DNA of 64,000 nt from Raillietiella orientalis (GCA_036172245.1 JAYWIR010000035.1:1798001-1862000), one strand, 5' to 3'. Shown: positions 1 through 13,800, counted from the stretch's first letter. Program-made: numbers and translations. Notes: generated from the sequence alone by a model not told the origin.

Positions 1-3000
1 GGACAAGGATCCGAAAGTGGAACCGCAGCAGCTCCACCTCGAGGAAGTCAAGACCGTCTCCCCGGCACGAAGGGTCTCAGTCCGCGAAGGCGGAGGAACG
101 CCGCACGGCCGAAAGAGGAACGGAATCCGAGGAAGAGACCTCCGAGTGTGATCGCGACCCCGGAAAACGGGTCTCGGGGAGCCATCACACCCGGAGACCT
201 CTTCCTCAAAGAGTCTCCCTCCTGCAGCTTCTTGGAGACTGCTTCCCGCCAGGAAGCGCGGGTCTGCGAACAGCCCGCGAGAGGCTTGCCCATGAGACTT
301 GCCTCCTCCACCTCGGCGGGTAGGGCCACCGCTCCGTGGCGGTGTCCTTGGTGCGGAGGCGATAGCCCCGCCTCGGAGGGGATAGGCGGCCCCATCCGGA
401 AGGTACTGCGACGACGGCCCAGCCCACGGCGGGAGGGGAGCAAGCTGCAGGCATCCGGCGCCACCAGGAGTCGAGGTGGCGGGAGAGGGAAGAAGAAGGG
501 GGGAAAGGATTCGAGGTGCCAGCGGCATGGGGATGGTCATCGTCCCCTTTGTCCTCGGCGAATCTCTCCCGTCGCTCCCGAAAGCGTCTCTGTCGACTGG
601 CCTAAGGAGGAATCGGGAGAAGCGGACGGGTTAAGGAGAGAGTTGCAGGAACGGAGGGGAAGGAGGAGGTAACCGGGCGCTTTGTTTCGGTAGCTCTGTT
701 CTCCCCCCAGGGTGCGCAGAACTAGACGAAGGAGACGACGGCTCTGGGAACGCGGAGGGCCTCCAGCTCGAGGGCCACTCCGCTGCTGCCAAAGACTGAA
801 GGACGACCGGGAAGCGAGTGGGGAGGGATGAAGTGCCAGATGGAGGCAGCAGGAAGGGTGTGTGGCAACCGATTGGGAGCACTTTGGCGTGAACTGAGCC
901 CCGGACGGACAGGTCACTTCGTGGCCGAAAGGAAGGAGAGAGGGAGGATGCCCAGGATTGGGCGTATCCTCCCCGTCGTAGTCCCTGGAGTCTCGGAGCC
1001 CCTCAGGAGAGAGGGAGGGAGAGACCTTCCCTTCTCAAGGAGACCCCGGAGCGCCGACCGAGGAAGGAGCTCCGGAGCGTGTAGGCGAGTGCCGCCGTTA
1101 CGCCGGGCGCGCACGTCCATGGAAACGTTCCACCTCAGGGAGGATGCTTATCCGCGCTGACCGTCCGGTGAACTTGCAGATGCGTGGGAGGGGAGGAAGA
1201 AGGGCTCTCTCCTGAGCAGGAGGAGGAGAAAGCCGGCCCTCAGGTGCGCGAATTTTGCGAGGGTCTTCATCAGAAAGCGATGGATCACGACGGGTCACGT
1301 CCTCCTCCTCTGTGCAGGGGCAGCCAGACGCGGACGCGGGCCAAGCGATCCGTCTAAGTGCCGTCCCGCGCAGGGATCGCCAGTGAGGCCACCTGCTCGA
1401 CCTCTGCCACAGAGGGAAAGTAGCGATCCAGAGAGATACTGAGGGAGAGATCTTTTCCATGGTGGGTGTTCCAGGTCACGGCAGTGGTCGTGGAAAGCCC
1501 CAGAGGCCGGTCCTTCACTCACCAGGCGGGACAGGGTGCGCCGTGGGCATTGAGGCCTGACCGGGCGCATCAAAGCGAGAGCAGCTGAAGCCCAGGGCCT
1601 GCCCGCGAGGGGCTCGGGGAACTCCGCTCGAGGAACTTCCAGCAACGGGAGTAGAGTGGACGCTTTGAGCGGCGGCCCATCGGGAGCGAAATGGGGATCC
1701 CGGGGAAGTGGAGGAGAGAGGTCGACCATCCAGGTGGAGGAGGAAGAGGCCCGCGGATCCCTCAAGCACAGCCTGCGGTAGCTAAGAGCATGGGCCTGAG
1801 GGAGTCAGTAGTCATCGGGCCGGCAGGCGCGACGAGGTTTCCGTCGGCGCTAGGTCAAGTGGGCCGGTCCTGGGCCTCCTGGGGTGATGTCATCAGAGGG
1901 AAGGACTGCGAGAGAACCCGCAGGTGAAGCGCGCCGCGGCTCATCACTCGCGGTGATCAGCAAAGCAGCGTGGACGGAAGCACCCGCCGACCCCGGGGAA
2001 TGGCAGCTGGAAGGCGTGCTCCGCCCGAGGCCCCGTGGCGGGACGGCAGCGCCGCCCTGCGGTGAAGGAGGACTCCGGGGTGCCCGGATGGCCAGGCAGT
2101 TTCTCCCTCGAACTCGTGGGGTTCCGAGACCTCCAGGGAACGAGGCCGCCCCTCCCCAGCTTTGCGCGGGATCTGTCTGGAAGGAGAGTGGACGCGGCGA
2201 ATCCCGCGATCGATCTCCGGGCTTTGTGGGCGAAGAGGAAGTGAGGCCCGCTAGGGAAGGGCGAGGACTGCCTTGCCCGCCGCCCTCCTCCCGCCTGAAA
2301 GGTCGACACCTTCCCCGCGCCCTCCGCGCAGGGGTCACTCCCGGGAGCAAACCGGGAGAACCCCCGACCCGCACCGCGCCGCCGCTGGGGAGGGACGGCT
2401 GAGGAGACGCGAGAGGGGGCGGATCTTTGATCGGCGCTTCCCTCGTTTCCGTTCTCCCGGTGGGGAGAGCGAAACGCCTCAGGCGCCGCTCCTGGCGGTC
2501 ACTTCCGGGACGCGCGGGTCCGGGGAGGGGCGCGCTGTCACCCCCAGGCTGCTGCGTCTCCTCGACTCTCGACGTTCTTCCGCCGCCTCCCCTCTGGAAT
2601 TAGGAGGGGGTGGAGCCGGATGGGGCCGCTTCCCGGAAAGGCGCACGTCCCCTTTCCCCGGACCCCGTCCTCCGTGGAAGCGCATCCCTCCTCCTCGGAC
2701 GGTTTCCGCCGACGTTCCGCGCAGCGATAGCTGCCTCTGGAGGCCCGTTGCGCGTCAGCCTCTCCGTCCCCCCCTTCGGTGATGCTTCCGGCCGGGACCT
2801 CCGCGGGAGTCCCGAGATCGCGGCCGCACCCCAGCTTCCCGGACTCTATCCCTTCCATAAGCGAGGAAGGCAGTGAGAGGATCTGAAGGAAGGACTCTGC
2901 CGCTGGCAGCGACCTTCGAAGAGAAACTCACTCGGAGGTCGTTCGCTGGACCGGCAGCCTCCCCCCCCCCTCATTCCCATTCGCTCCCATGCGACTGTTT

Positions 3001-4639
3001 TTGTTTTTGTTTTTTGTCTTCATCCTATCTTCTCTCTCTTTCTCTCCTTTTATTCTCTTCCCTCTATTCCCTTCCATCCCCCCTCTAGTCTATTGCCTCT
3101 CCCACTCTCTCGCTTCCCCTTCCATTCCCCCCTGTTCTCTTTCGCTTTTTTTTTTTTTTTTGCTCTCTTTGTCTTCCACCTTAGCTTGTTCCCTTCTTTC
3201 CCGCCTGCTCTTCGGCGCTCGTCCCGACCGTCCCTCCCTCAGTTGCCAAGTTCCCTAGCGATCCCTCGACTTTGTCTGACCGAATCCCTGAGTGCCAGTA
3301 GCCTCCCTCGTCGAAAACGATCCCAGAATCGGATTTTGCGGAGCCCTGGAAAGAGACCGGAATGCTGGATGCAGGTTACCGGCGTCCGCCGGCAACTCGT
3401 TGTGGCGTTAGCTCTGCCGATGCTTATAGCCTCCGATCCCGTGGCCCATTTGCCCCCTCGACGTCCCTCCAGTGTTTTGTCCTTCGTCCCTCCTGGGTTT
3501 CCGAGTCAGTGGTTCCTACGGCCCCTTCGTCATTTCCCTGCCCGCGCGCCCTCGGAGACCGCAGACTGGGGTGGGCACGCCCGTCCCTCGCGGGTGTCCT
3601 CGCCTCAGCGGTCCCGCGCTCGTCGGCAAGGGATAAAACTCTCTCGTCTCCCCGCGTCGGAGGACGGTCGGTCTCCATGGACGCAGATCCCCTCGCGCGC
3701 GCTGCCGCCGTTCTCGCGGGTGACGGGATGAGTGTCGCGCTCCCGCCCCGCCCTCCCCTAGTCGGTTCCTTCTTCGACTGCCAGACTTGCTGCTGTGCGC
3801 TAGGGAACCGGTGGCCGCAGCGATCCGTGCGGCGTCTGCGAGTCAGCCGCGTGTGGCGCTGCCACCGACGCCCGTCTCGACGACCACGGACTGAGGCTGC
3901 TTTCCTGCCGGATGCAGCGCTCCTGGTTCGCGATTCGGCGAGTGCCGGCAGCCACCTCTTCCCACCGTACTTCGGAAGCTTCCTCGGGTTCGCGGAGTCC
4001 CGCCTCCCGTCCAGAAGTCTCCTGGAAGCGATCCACGAGTGGTCCCGGAGTTCAGCATCCCCGGCGGCCGGCGCGCGCGGTCTTGCGGGAGGAACGCCAG
4101 GCGCCCGGAGAACCTGTCCTCCCTCGTCCCGGAGCTTTTCCTTGGCGCCGAAGAGGGGGAGGGGGAACTCCCTGCGTGTCCTGCCGCGATACAGGGACAG
4201 CGCGTAGTCATCTGCCAGGCAGGTTTCCAATGGCCAAGCACCTTGCAGGCGATTTCCACGCGGCATCCCCCGTTCTCGCGTCGCGAAGCAGAGAGGCTGG
4301 CGTCTCACAAGGAAAACTTTCTGGGGAGCGGAAGTCCCATCTCGGTTCGGGGGTTATGCCGTATTAAGAACTATCTGCCACCCGCCTCCCCTCCCATATT
4401 TTATGCCCGCTTCCCGGACCCGTTCGACACGGCTGACATCCTGCAAACAACCTGATCTCGACGCTCGACGCTGCTCCCCGAATCGTTACGACTTTCTGGA
4501 TCTGATCGCGCGATAAACGTGTTTACGTACACACCGGGCACGCACGGCGCACCCGCGGCCAGGGAGCCACCGCAGCCCGCTGGCGTCCTGCATGCGGTCC
4601 TGGGGAAACACGGCGTGTCGCGCCACTTCTTCCGTGCCC

Positions 4640-5010
4640 CTGCATGCGCACACATGCGCATGCACGTGCACATTCGTGTGGTCACATACGCACGCTTTGA
4701 ATGCGCGTGGAAACTGCACATTATACACATATGCCAGACGTTCCTTGTAATCGAGCATATATATGGTATACTATCCATATACACACACATAGAGAAAGCA
4801 TGCACATATGTATTCACATATGCATAAAGAATCTCTTTCTATATATATACGTATATAAAGTGTTTCTATATGTATATAGAAAGAGAGACAATATGCACAC
4901 ATGAATTGATATATACCACACATATGCATGTATGCATACATGTATGCATGCTCTCTCTATATATATACATATGTAGATACTCTCTCTCTCTGCCCATGAT
5001 GATCCATGTG
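4640..5010. repeat. Alternating purine-pyrimidine low-complexity tract (TA/CA/TG/TGCA), AT-rich
   Basis: Contains the TGCATGCGCA-CACA-TGCGCATGCA hairpin (4641-4664) and the palindromes CATGTATGCATACATG and ATGCATACATGTATGCAT (about 4927-4949), inside otherwise GC-rich DNA. Confidence 0.85.
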
Positions 5011-7589
5011 TACGTAAAGTAACTATGGCTACGCACATGACGGAGTCCGCATGACAGCGAGCGCTGCCCGAAGTGTTTTTTCCTCAAAAGCAGCGGCGGC
5101 GCTCACCCGAAATTTCCGCGCAGCGCCGCCAAGCATAAACAAAGAGATTCCATAAAGGAAAGGAACTCGGAGGGTTTTACAAGGCAAACAGCGCACGGGA
5201 AGCGCTGATGCACCGTCACACTTAGAGACACTGAGGGGCCGGGAATGCCCTGAGTATGAGGCATCGTCGGCCAGGATTAGTAGGAACGGAGATCTGTCTA
5301 TTTTTAGGTGATTCTGCGAAGGAATGTATGAAATGAAAGAAACCCGTAACTGACGACACGGGTTAGGCAAGGCGGGATGGTTTCCATGCAGACGGAACCA
5401 CGGGAACCGACTGCGTGCGGCAGGAGGGTGGCAGCTCCTGGGGCTGTGTCCACCTACGCGCAGCGTGGTACCCGTCCATGCGCAGCACGCCGTCCGCACA
5501 AGGAAGTGTCCATGTATACACACGGCATTGTGGTACACGTAGCGTGGCACCCTGTTTGCATTCAGTACATCCATCCGTATGCACGTGGGCAACACTAGCA
5601 GCACTCCGTGATTTTCAAATGCCCGCAGGAATGAGCGGCATTCTTCATCGTCCAACGATCGGCGGGGTGACACGAACCTTCCATTCGGTGGGAAGGACCA
5701 CCTCGTGCTCCATATCGACCACTCACTCCCCACCGCCAGCACCCCCTTTGCTGCCCTCCGGCTCGTGGCGCCGCAGAAGCGTTCTGGAGTGCTCCTCGGA
5801 TAGTTCCCTTGCTTCTGGCGCGTTCTGGCTTGGTTGCGTCCTAGCGGGGTTCGCCCCCTGCACCCTTTGGCCACCCGGCACCTGATTCTGGCCCTCTTGG
5901 AAACCGGCAGGCGAAACTCGGGAAACGGAGCTTCGGGAGGAGGCTGGAGAGCGCTCTGGAAGTTGAACGGACAGGCGTTGCTGCGCAGTGAGTGGTCCAA
6001 CCGATTCCGTCGCACTCTCGATCTGCATCTCTGCGCTGGGCGGGTCCGACAGGAAGTCGTGTATTACATGCTGCGACCCCTCCACATGGAAGAGGTGCCC
6101 CCTCCGAGGAGAGGGAGGATGCCCACCCACTCTGCGCCGCGCACGCGCCCCGCCACCAGCGCACACCCTCCCCTACGGAGGCGTGCCGTAAACGCACCAG
6201 AGCTCAGGACCCACCCCGTGCTGGCGTCCGGGGATGGAACTCCGAGATGCAACATGGAGGCAACGTGGCGCAGGTCATTAGCTGTTCACGAGAAAAGGAA
6301 TGGACCAGAAGGAAGGAAGGATGCTGAGAATGAGGCGAAAGTGGTAGTAGCGTGGAGGTGCCCGGAGCAACGAGGGGTGCTTGCCTGTTCGCCGGTGGGA
6401 GTGGTCCCTGCAGCAAGGAGGGCGAAAGGAAGGGCTCTCTGGTCATCATGGACAAGACCTACCGGAGGAAGAGCAGAGGGGGGAGAGGGGGAGGAAAGTT
6501 ATTCCATTCCCTGCCCATCTCCCTCCTCTCCAGGACTGGGCTCCTTCGCTTCCTGGAGCTCTTCGTTTTCGGAACCGCGCGTCACGTGGCCGGGGTTGCT
6601 CGGGCAGCCAGGGCATGGCTGCCACCACGAGCGGGACCCCGAGACGGACTCTTCGCTTTCCGAGAGCGAGAGGTCGTCACTGGCTCCTTCCTGGCCTCCG
6701 AAGCCACCCGACTGTATCGACCTGATGCCAGCACGAGTTTCGCACTGGAGGAGGAGCGGCGCGGACGCGTCCCAGGAAGGGGACGGAGACTTCCTCGCTC
6801 GCGGAACGCCCAGCATCCGCCTCTGCCGGGACCGAGGAGCACTCTCGACGGCGGACGTCCATCCCTCCGGGGCGAAAGTCACGGAGATGTACGAGACGTC
6901 CGTGCGCCCCCGCGGGATCCACGCCCAGGAGCCTCCGAAGTTGCGAACGTAGCGCCGCCAAGAGCCGCAGGGGAGGGGAGGGTTTATCACCCGGTCACGC
7001 CGGAGTGTTTAGTATAAAAAATAGTAAACACACACGTGTAGGTCCATCATCCCTACATTGTCCAAAAATGTTCGGATCCTGCCGAGGATCCGGCACGCAG
7101 GCCGGCGAGGTTCTCCTAGGCAGCGGAAGGGGGCAAGCAGGAAATAAAAATAAAGCAAAAAAGACACTATGTACAAAAAATTGGGACGGTTAGGGAAGGG
7201 ATCACCGGGAGCTGGAGGACGTCCTCTGCATCCTTTGCAGGATGGAGGCCAGTTCCATCCGAGTATGCCCCAGGTGGGGCCATCTGACTGCCGTCCTCAG
7301 GAAGCGCAGGGCGAAGCGGATGGCGTCCTTAGAGCGCCGTCCTCCTCTCGCGTAGCTCCAGGCCGCCGCAATTCCCCGTAGGCAGCAGCAAAGAGCTGCC
7401 GGGGATGCAGCAGGCGAAAGGGCATCGCGCACGAAGAGGCGTCCCTGGAATTGCACCAAGGGCCGTTGCCTAACGCAACCCCACGGGCCGGAGGACAACA
7501 CAGTCAACGAGCACGTGCGGGAGGGATTTCCGTTCCTCGCACCTGCAGCAGTTGGAGTTCGCAGCCCCCCGGGTCCAGTGAGAGCGGCG

Positions 7590-8060
7590 GGCGTTGCTCG
7601 GGAGACCCCAGTGCAACAGCAGAAGTGCCGACTCCAGCCACTATTCGGAGGGAGGGAGGTGCGATCGTTCTTCAGAGCTGGGGGCCACTCGTGGTTTCCC
7701 TGAGGGATTCCCAGCAGCTCGCCCCAGCGCAATAGCCCTTTCGGTGAGGCACTTGAGGTCGCAGAGTCCGTGAGCTGGCCCCTGGTCCAACCACCCCATT
7801 CCTTCGCTCTTCCACCGATCTCATGTCGGACCTCCCGTTTGGCCGGCTGGTTACTGTCCAGGTGCTTCCTGAGGGAGAGCAGTGCCGCGGCTAGGGAGGT
7901 TCTTTGTGCCCACGCACACGTGGTGGGTTGCTGCACGATGACGTCCTGTGGCGAGCGGTTGTTATAAAAGGAGTGCAGCAGTTGCTGCCGCGTTTCCGGG
8001 CTCTCTTCCATGCTCTGGACCCACGTGAGAACGGTTTCCTGCTACCAGGCACTACCACAC
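7590..8060 (-). mobile_element. Decayed non-LTR (LINE, R1/LOA-like) RT fragment
   Basis: SAW*QETVL...P...LLHSFYNNR has TAG one step from TGG and resembles (D)xAWW..IL..L...P....LL.SY...R. Further on, GIPQG is followed after a 1-nt shift by TTSGPQL* (like GxPQGS..GP.LW). Motif spacing is longer than canonical and YADD is absent. Confidence 0.3.
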
Positions 8061-11000
8061 AGGGGAGGAGAAGGAGGTCCCCTCGTCCGGGACACAGAGA
8101 AGGGGGCAGCCGGACACGGTCGTTCCGTCTGCCGGGAGACAGGTGGTTTCCTCTGGCGTCCCTGCGAGAAGCGGCCTACCGCAGCCCCGCAACCAGGCCG
8201 TATGGTCTGCATGCGGGAGGAGGGGCGACGAGCGGGTTTCCCTTCGCGACAGATGCCGCCCTTGGCGCGAGCAACCGGCCGTCCCAATGGCCGGAGGGGT
8301 GAGGCGCGGAAGGAGGAGGAGGAGGGAGGAGTGGATCGTGGGCAGGACCGCGGCCGTAGTTCCCCTCCCTGCCAACCGGGCCAAGAAAGCGGTGGCGGCC
8401 CCAAATCCGCCCCTTTGGCGCGCGCGGGAAAGAGGGGAGGAGGTGGTCGCCGGCCTCGCGCGGCTTCGCCCCGGCGGGCCGGAACTTCCGCCGAGCCCGG
8501 AAGGCATTCCGCCCGGCAGCGGAAAGCAAACAGAGGCGCGCTCGCCCGGGGACCTCGGCATAAATCTCTGGGCCTACCGGCCGAGGCGTGAAGGCAGCTC
8601 ACGCGCGGCGCCCTAAATCATTTCCCACTTCTTGCGGGGGATGATGATTGCCCGGCAATTTGTTCGGGACCCGGCGCTACACATCGCACCATCGGTCCTC
8701 CCCCCGCCCCCCTGTAATCACCGCTTGTTGACCGCGCCGTCCACGCCCAGTCCAGCTGGCACCGCTCCGCCGGCCAGGTGAGATCTCCGCGCGCGCAGTG
8801 GACGCGCCGCGCTCCTTAATGACTTCATTTCTTCTTGTTCTTCCTCCTCCTCCTCTCCCTCCCCGCTTCCCTCCTTCCCCTGCCTCGCTTGCCTCTCTCG
8901 CTGCCCCGCGTCCCGCGGGCGTCCGATGAAGTCATTATCGATATTGTAGGGTTTGGGTCCGGGGCGTGTGTGCAGCCCCAAGGAACGCTTTTCCCATGGT
9001 AACGATGAGAAGAGCAGGGTTTGCCGCCGGTGTCTGCTGCTTGCCGCTCTTGCGGTGCCGCTGCCGCTCCGCGCCTCTCTCGTTCGGCCAGGAGAGGCAG
9101 GGGGAAGACGGCGGGCGAAGAAGACTCCGTTAGTTCTCAGTCTCCCCGAGGGAACGGGGGAAGGGGGAGGTTCGGCCGGTTCTCCGGAGGTGCGGAAGAT
9201 GAATGGACCGCCGCCTTCCTCCTCTTCTCGCGGCTCTCTACGGACGCACGAGCGCGCACGTCTCGAGCGAATCTCCTCTGTCCGAGGAGCTGGCGGTTCG
9301 CTCCGGTCCACGCTGAAAGGACCATAAATCAAACGAGGGGGAGAGGGGGGGGGGCGAGAAAATTCCGGGCCGATCCGGGCCTCGAGTTGCGCCGATGGCC
9401 GCAGCCCCTGCTTTCGGCGCTCCTGCTCGCGGCGACGGCGGCACCTCGCGGTTTGGGAACGGGCACCGGGTGGGCAGGGAGGTCTGCCCGTTTCGCGGCG
9501 CGGTCCGGGATCTCGGGTGATGCAGGCGAAACGTATGCGAGCTGCACCCTCTAGGGAAAGGGATAGTCCTGGGAAGAAGGGAAGTTTTTCGTCCCTTCCT
9601 CTCCTCGCCCTCTTCCAGCCGTCATCTCGGCATTCCTCGTGCGCAAAAAAAAGGAAAAAAAAAATCACGCCATCGTTATTTGGATGATTCAGCGCTTTCC
9701 TCCCTCCTCTTCTCCCTCTCCCCCTCCTTCCTCTCCCGGACTTTTCACTTTCCTTTCCTTCCTTCCTCTCTCTCTCTCTCTCTCTTTTTCATTTTCCTCC
9801 GGAACACTGGAGAGATGAGGAAAAAAAGAGGAGGGAGGAGGTTGCCTGCGGCGTTCGTACGCCGGCCGCGCTCTCCTCGGAATGTTCTAGGAGCGAAAGG
9901 GTATTTCCCGCGCGCGGTCGTTATTTACAGCGTTGGCCGCATGCGGGCCGTCGCGGCACCGAACGCGCGTGCGCCATGCAGCCCGGCAGCGCCGCTCGCG
10001 GACGCGCTCGCTCGCTGCCGTGAGTCCGGCACGAGGAAACCATCCCGGATTCCTTCTCTCTCCAGGCACGAACGGGAAGCGGGAAGGAGTGCACACGCCG
10101 GAGTATAGCACGAGTGAGGGAAGGGGGAGAGTTCGCTGCTGCTGCTGTCCGCGTTGTGAGCGTCCCCAAGGGCCCACTGAGCCGGCCATGCCTCTCTTCC
10201 TCCCCCATCTTCCCCCCTTCCGCCTGTAGGTGGGACCAGTGTACGTTCTCCGAGGAGGGAGGCTGGAAAGGGAGATGGAACGATAGGCGCGATTCCCACC
10301 TCTCCGAGGCAATTCATCATCCCCATAACTTTGACAAATGATCCCTATTCTCTTACCTTAATTTGGACAAAATGATTAACGACTTCTGGTCCCCACGATC
10401 AGTCCCTACTTAGGGTGCGCTCTTGCTCCGGGTGCATCGCTCATCCCGGAAAGTGACGCGCACGCGAGCGTACGATGAAGAAAGGGTTGCTGGTGATGGT
10501 GGTGGATCCCTCGTTTGCGCGTGCATCGATTATTCACCCTGGTCTCCTCATCGCGGCGGATGGCTTCGAAGACGAGGTCTTCGCCGAGACAGAGGGGGGA
10601 CGAGTGAGCAGCCCCTCGGGTGCCTCTCTCTCATCCGGAAGTGCGGGCACTGGGAGCCTAGGGTCCGCTGCGAGCAGCGGGAGGAGGAACACGCATGCGC
10701 GAGCGGGGAGCCGTCTGTCTCCAGGCGCGTTCCTCGACCAAGGTGCCCGGAAACGTTTCCCTTCGCCTCCTCCTCCAGACGGGATGTACCCCCGGAGTCC
10801 GTGGCTTGGCCGGTCGGACCCCCCTCTGCCGGGGAAGGTGGGCATCCAGACCTGGCGCGCCTTCCTTGGACGTTGTCCAGTTCGCCACCTGCCTCGCCGA
10901 GGTCTTTGTTTCGACTTTCGGCCGCTTCGCCCACCGCGTGCTCCTCCGCGCAAGGGTTTGCGAGCTGCCGCTGGAGGTGGCCTTCCCGCGCAAAAGCTCT

Positions 11001-13256
11001 ACGGCAACTCTTTCCGGCACGTCGCGTCGTATCTTCCTGCCGGGCCCCGCTTGGGGAGGAAGCCGCGGCGGTCCTGGAGCGGACACGCACCGTCCCAGAC
11101 CGGAACCCGTCTTTAGACCGGCGAGTTACCCCCGCCTGCTGCACGGATTAACTGATGGCAGGCATCCGTTTGTCCCTGAGGAACAAAGAGGTCCATGCGT
11201 GTCGCTGACAGATCCTTCAAAGGCGAGCGAGCGGGCCATCCATCCTCTGCGAGGCATTCCTCATTATTTACACGGGCACTCTTGTGTACCTTGCGCGGCC
11301 GAAATGCACACAAGCAGCGTACTGGTATGCGGCGTTCCCAGGGTTTACCGCGGGCGAGGAAAGCCGCGGTCGCCGCCCGCCGACGCGAGAATCGTCCGCA
11401 CAGGTGCGCTCTCAGTCAATCACGGCGCGAGAGATCTGGCAACCGACCGACCTCGCCGGCGACAGAACCGAAGCAGCGGAGGAGGCTACGCTGTCTTCCT
11501 AGAGGACTCCGGCCGGAAAGGCACGACTCAAAAAAGCTCATGAGGAACGGACAGCCGCGGAAAGGCTCCCGCAACGAACCTTGCGGCGGCGGACGCAACT
11601 GGTTCAGATCACAGCTTCCCTGCGAGGTCTTCATCCATCATGCAGCTTGGGAATGGAGACCTCAAAAAGAAGCACCAGGCTCTAAGCACGTATCGTTCTG
11701 CATACAACGAGCGACTTGTGGTCAGCGTCTCGGAGTTAATGGCCTTCTCGGGATCGCGTCCCATCAATTAACAACAAAAGGCTAGCGGAAACCGTGGTCC
11801 GGTCTGAATCGATGGGAACGGACGGGTCCAGCAGAGACGGCAGCAGCAACAGCGAGACGCTCCCTGTCGGCGAAGAGTAGCCGACCAGACATGGGAAAAA
11901 CAGGCTTCGCAGGGATCTACGCAGGCAATCGTGCGTGCACGAGGCAACCGCTCACGGGCGACGGCGGGTGGGTACGATTCCCCATGTGTCAGGCTGTCTG
12001 CTCATCCATCTGGTCAGGGGGTGCAACGGCAACAGCCTCCGCAAACAGGCGTGATCAGGAGCGGAAAAAGTAACAAACGATACGGTCGGTTCGCAATTAG
12101 CTTTGTCCTTCCGAACGCCACGAATGGCTCCGTATCAGGTTGAGTGCGGGATGGGAGGAACCACGAGCCACCTCCTCCTCGAAGGCCCACCACGCTCCTC
12201 TCCATACCACTACTACTATAAACAACAGCATGAAATCGGAGGACCGGTCCCATTGCGTTCGGTCGGAAACGTCAGGAGGAAACAGATGATTGATAGCGAA
12301 AAATTAAAATGTTCGTACAGATACGCATCTGCGGAAGCGTAGAAACCGTCTGCGCCTCTGCGCATCCTCCAAATTCAGCTAATTCCCCGCGATTCCACGG
12401 TGACACGTCTCTCACGACCGTACCAACTATCAATTAAAGGTGTATGAAGAAGAAGAAGAAGGAGGAGGAGGAGGAGGAAAAGAGAAAATCCGGAAAATAC
12501 TGCAATCGAAAATTACAAGCTGCAACTCGCTCTGAGCAATCCAACCAACTGCGTTCCTCGAAGAACCTTTCGGGAGCCTCGAGGAGCAGAAAGTGGAGCG
12601 TAATAATAATTTTCCATCCCCGTCTTCTGAAAATTGAAACATTTGCTTGCGTTCTGAAACTGAACCCAAATAAGTGGCGGAATGGATTCGCAAAATGACT
12701 GCTGAATCATTTGAAGATTAATGAAGATCCTGATACTCGCCAGCGGTTACGTCCGCAGCAGCTCGCGGACTCGGAAATGCCTCCTCGGCTTCCCGGCACA
12801 AGCATGCTAATTCCCGATTCAGCAACAAGAGATTCGGATGCTGGGAAGCGAACGGCGGAAAAACTATAATCACGTTATTGTTATTTTATGTCACTTCCAC
12901 AGATTCCTGCAATTATCCGAGCGTGCTGTCCAATTTCCAAGGGCTTTAAATAATTCATCCTTCAGACTGCTCGAGACCGAAAAAGCACGAAAGCAGTCGT
13001 TGGCCTAACGGTTCCTCCGTGTTCCTCCGTTCAGGGAGCTTCACCGGAAAGGACAGGCAGCAGCAGCAGTCCCCATGTGAGGGAACAGCTTCACGAGCTT
13101 CGTATATTAAACGGCAATCAATTCGGATGCTTTCAAGAGAGTACACGATGGGTTTGTCCGAAGTGAAAAAGAAAAAGGAGAGAGAGAGGGAGAAAGACAA
13201 GTAAACGCAAAGATATTCGAGTCCATAAAATGCAGTCTTGCGTTTTCCGTTTCCTT

Positions 13257-13289
13257 CCATCCCCAGCTGCAGGATGCAGCTGGGGATGG
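13257..13289. repeat. Perfect 15-bp inverted repeat with 3-nt loop
   Basis: CCATCCCCAGCTGCA-GGA-TGCAGCTGGGGATGG; the arms are exact reverse complements. Confidence 0.95.
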
Positions 13290-13744
13290 TGAACGAAAGT
13301 GCGCTTCCCGAAGTGATTCTGGAAATGCGTTGGTCAGTATTTGTAGGATGTTCCTCTTAGCAAGGGCATCGTCAGTGGATCTTTTTTTTAATTTCTCAGC
13401 TTGTTTTTTTTTTTGCTTCTCCCGATTTCAGTTTTACCCTTTCGCCTCTCGCTCAGGATTCTTTGCAGCCGTCCGCGTGGCGAAAATACCCCCAACCGTT
13501 CAACGGGTTCAGCACCTCTTTCCCCTCCTTTCATGGGGCAAGGCGCTATTTCAGCTGCAGTTGGGTTCGAACATGGGGTGGGTCGTGCAAGAACAGCAGC
13601 AATTCTTCTGGTTACGCGTTGAAATGAACCATAAAATACATGGCAACCTTCAATGTGCCTTCGTGCAGTACAATTTCGAGTGGAGGAAGGATAAAGCCAA
13701 CGGTACTCGAGTGTAAATGTACAATCCGCTCAGTCAGATGGTAA

Positions 13745-13800
13745 ACACCCACACACACACACACACACACACACCCGTGTATGTGTGTGTGTGTGTGCGT
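13745..13800. repeat. (CA)n followed by (TG)n fold-back microsatellite
   Basis: (AC)12 at 13751-13774, then GTGTATGTGTGTGTGTGTGTGCGT. Confidence 0.9.

Noticed and set aside
4640..5010. Apicomplexan origin suggested by TGCATGC/TATA-rich tract
   Set aside because: TGCATGCA is not visibly enriched elsewhere, and the one solid gene looks metazoan.
3362..6952. Long ORFs of 280-370 aa (e.g. 3424-4308, 5029-6015, 5834-6952), and similar ones such as 8718-9668 and 55675-56592
   Set aside because: They overlap in several frames, are R/P/G/S-rich and show no recognisable motifs, as expected from stop-codon scarcity in GC-rich DNA.
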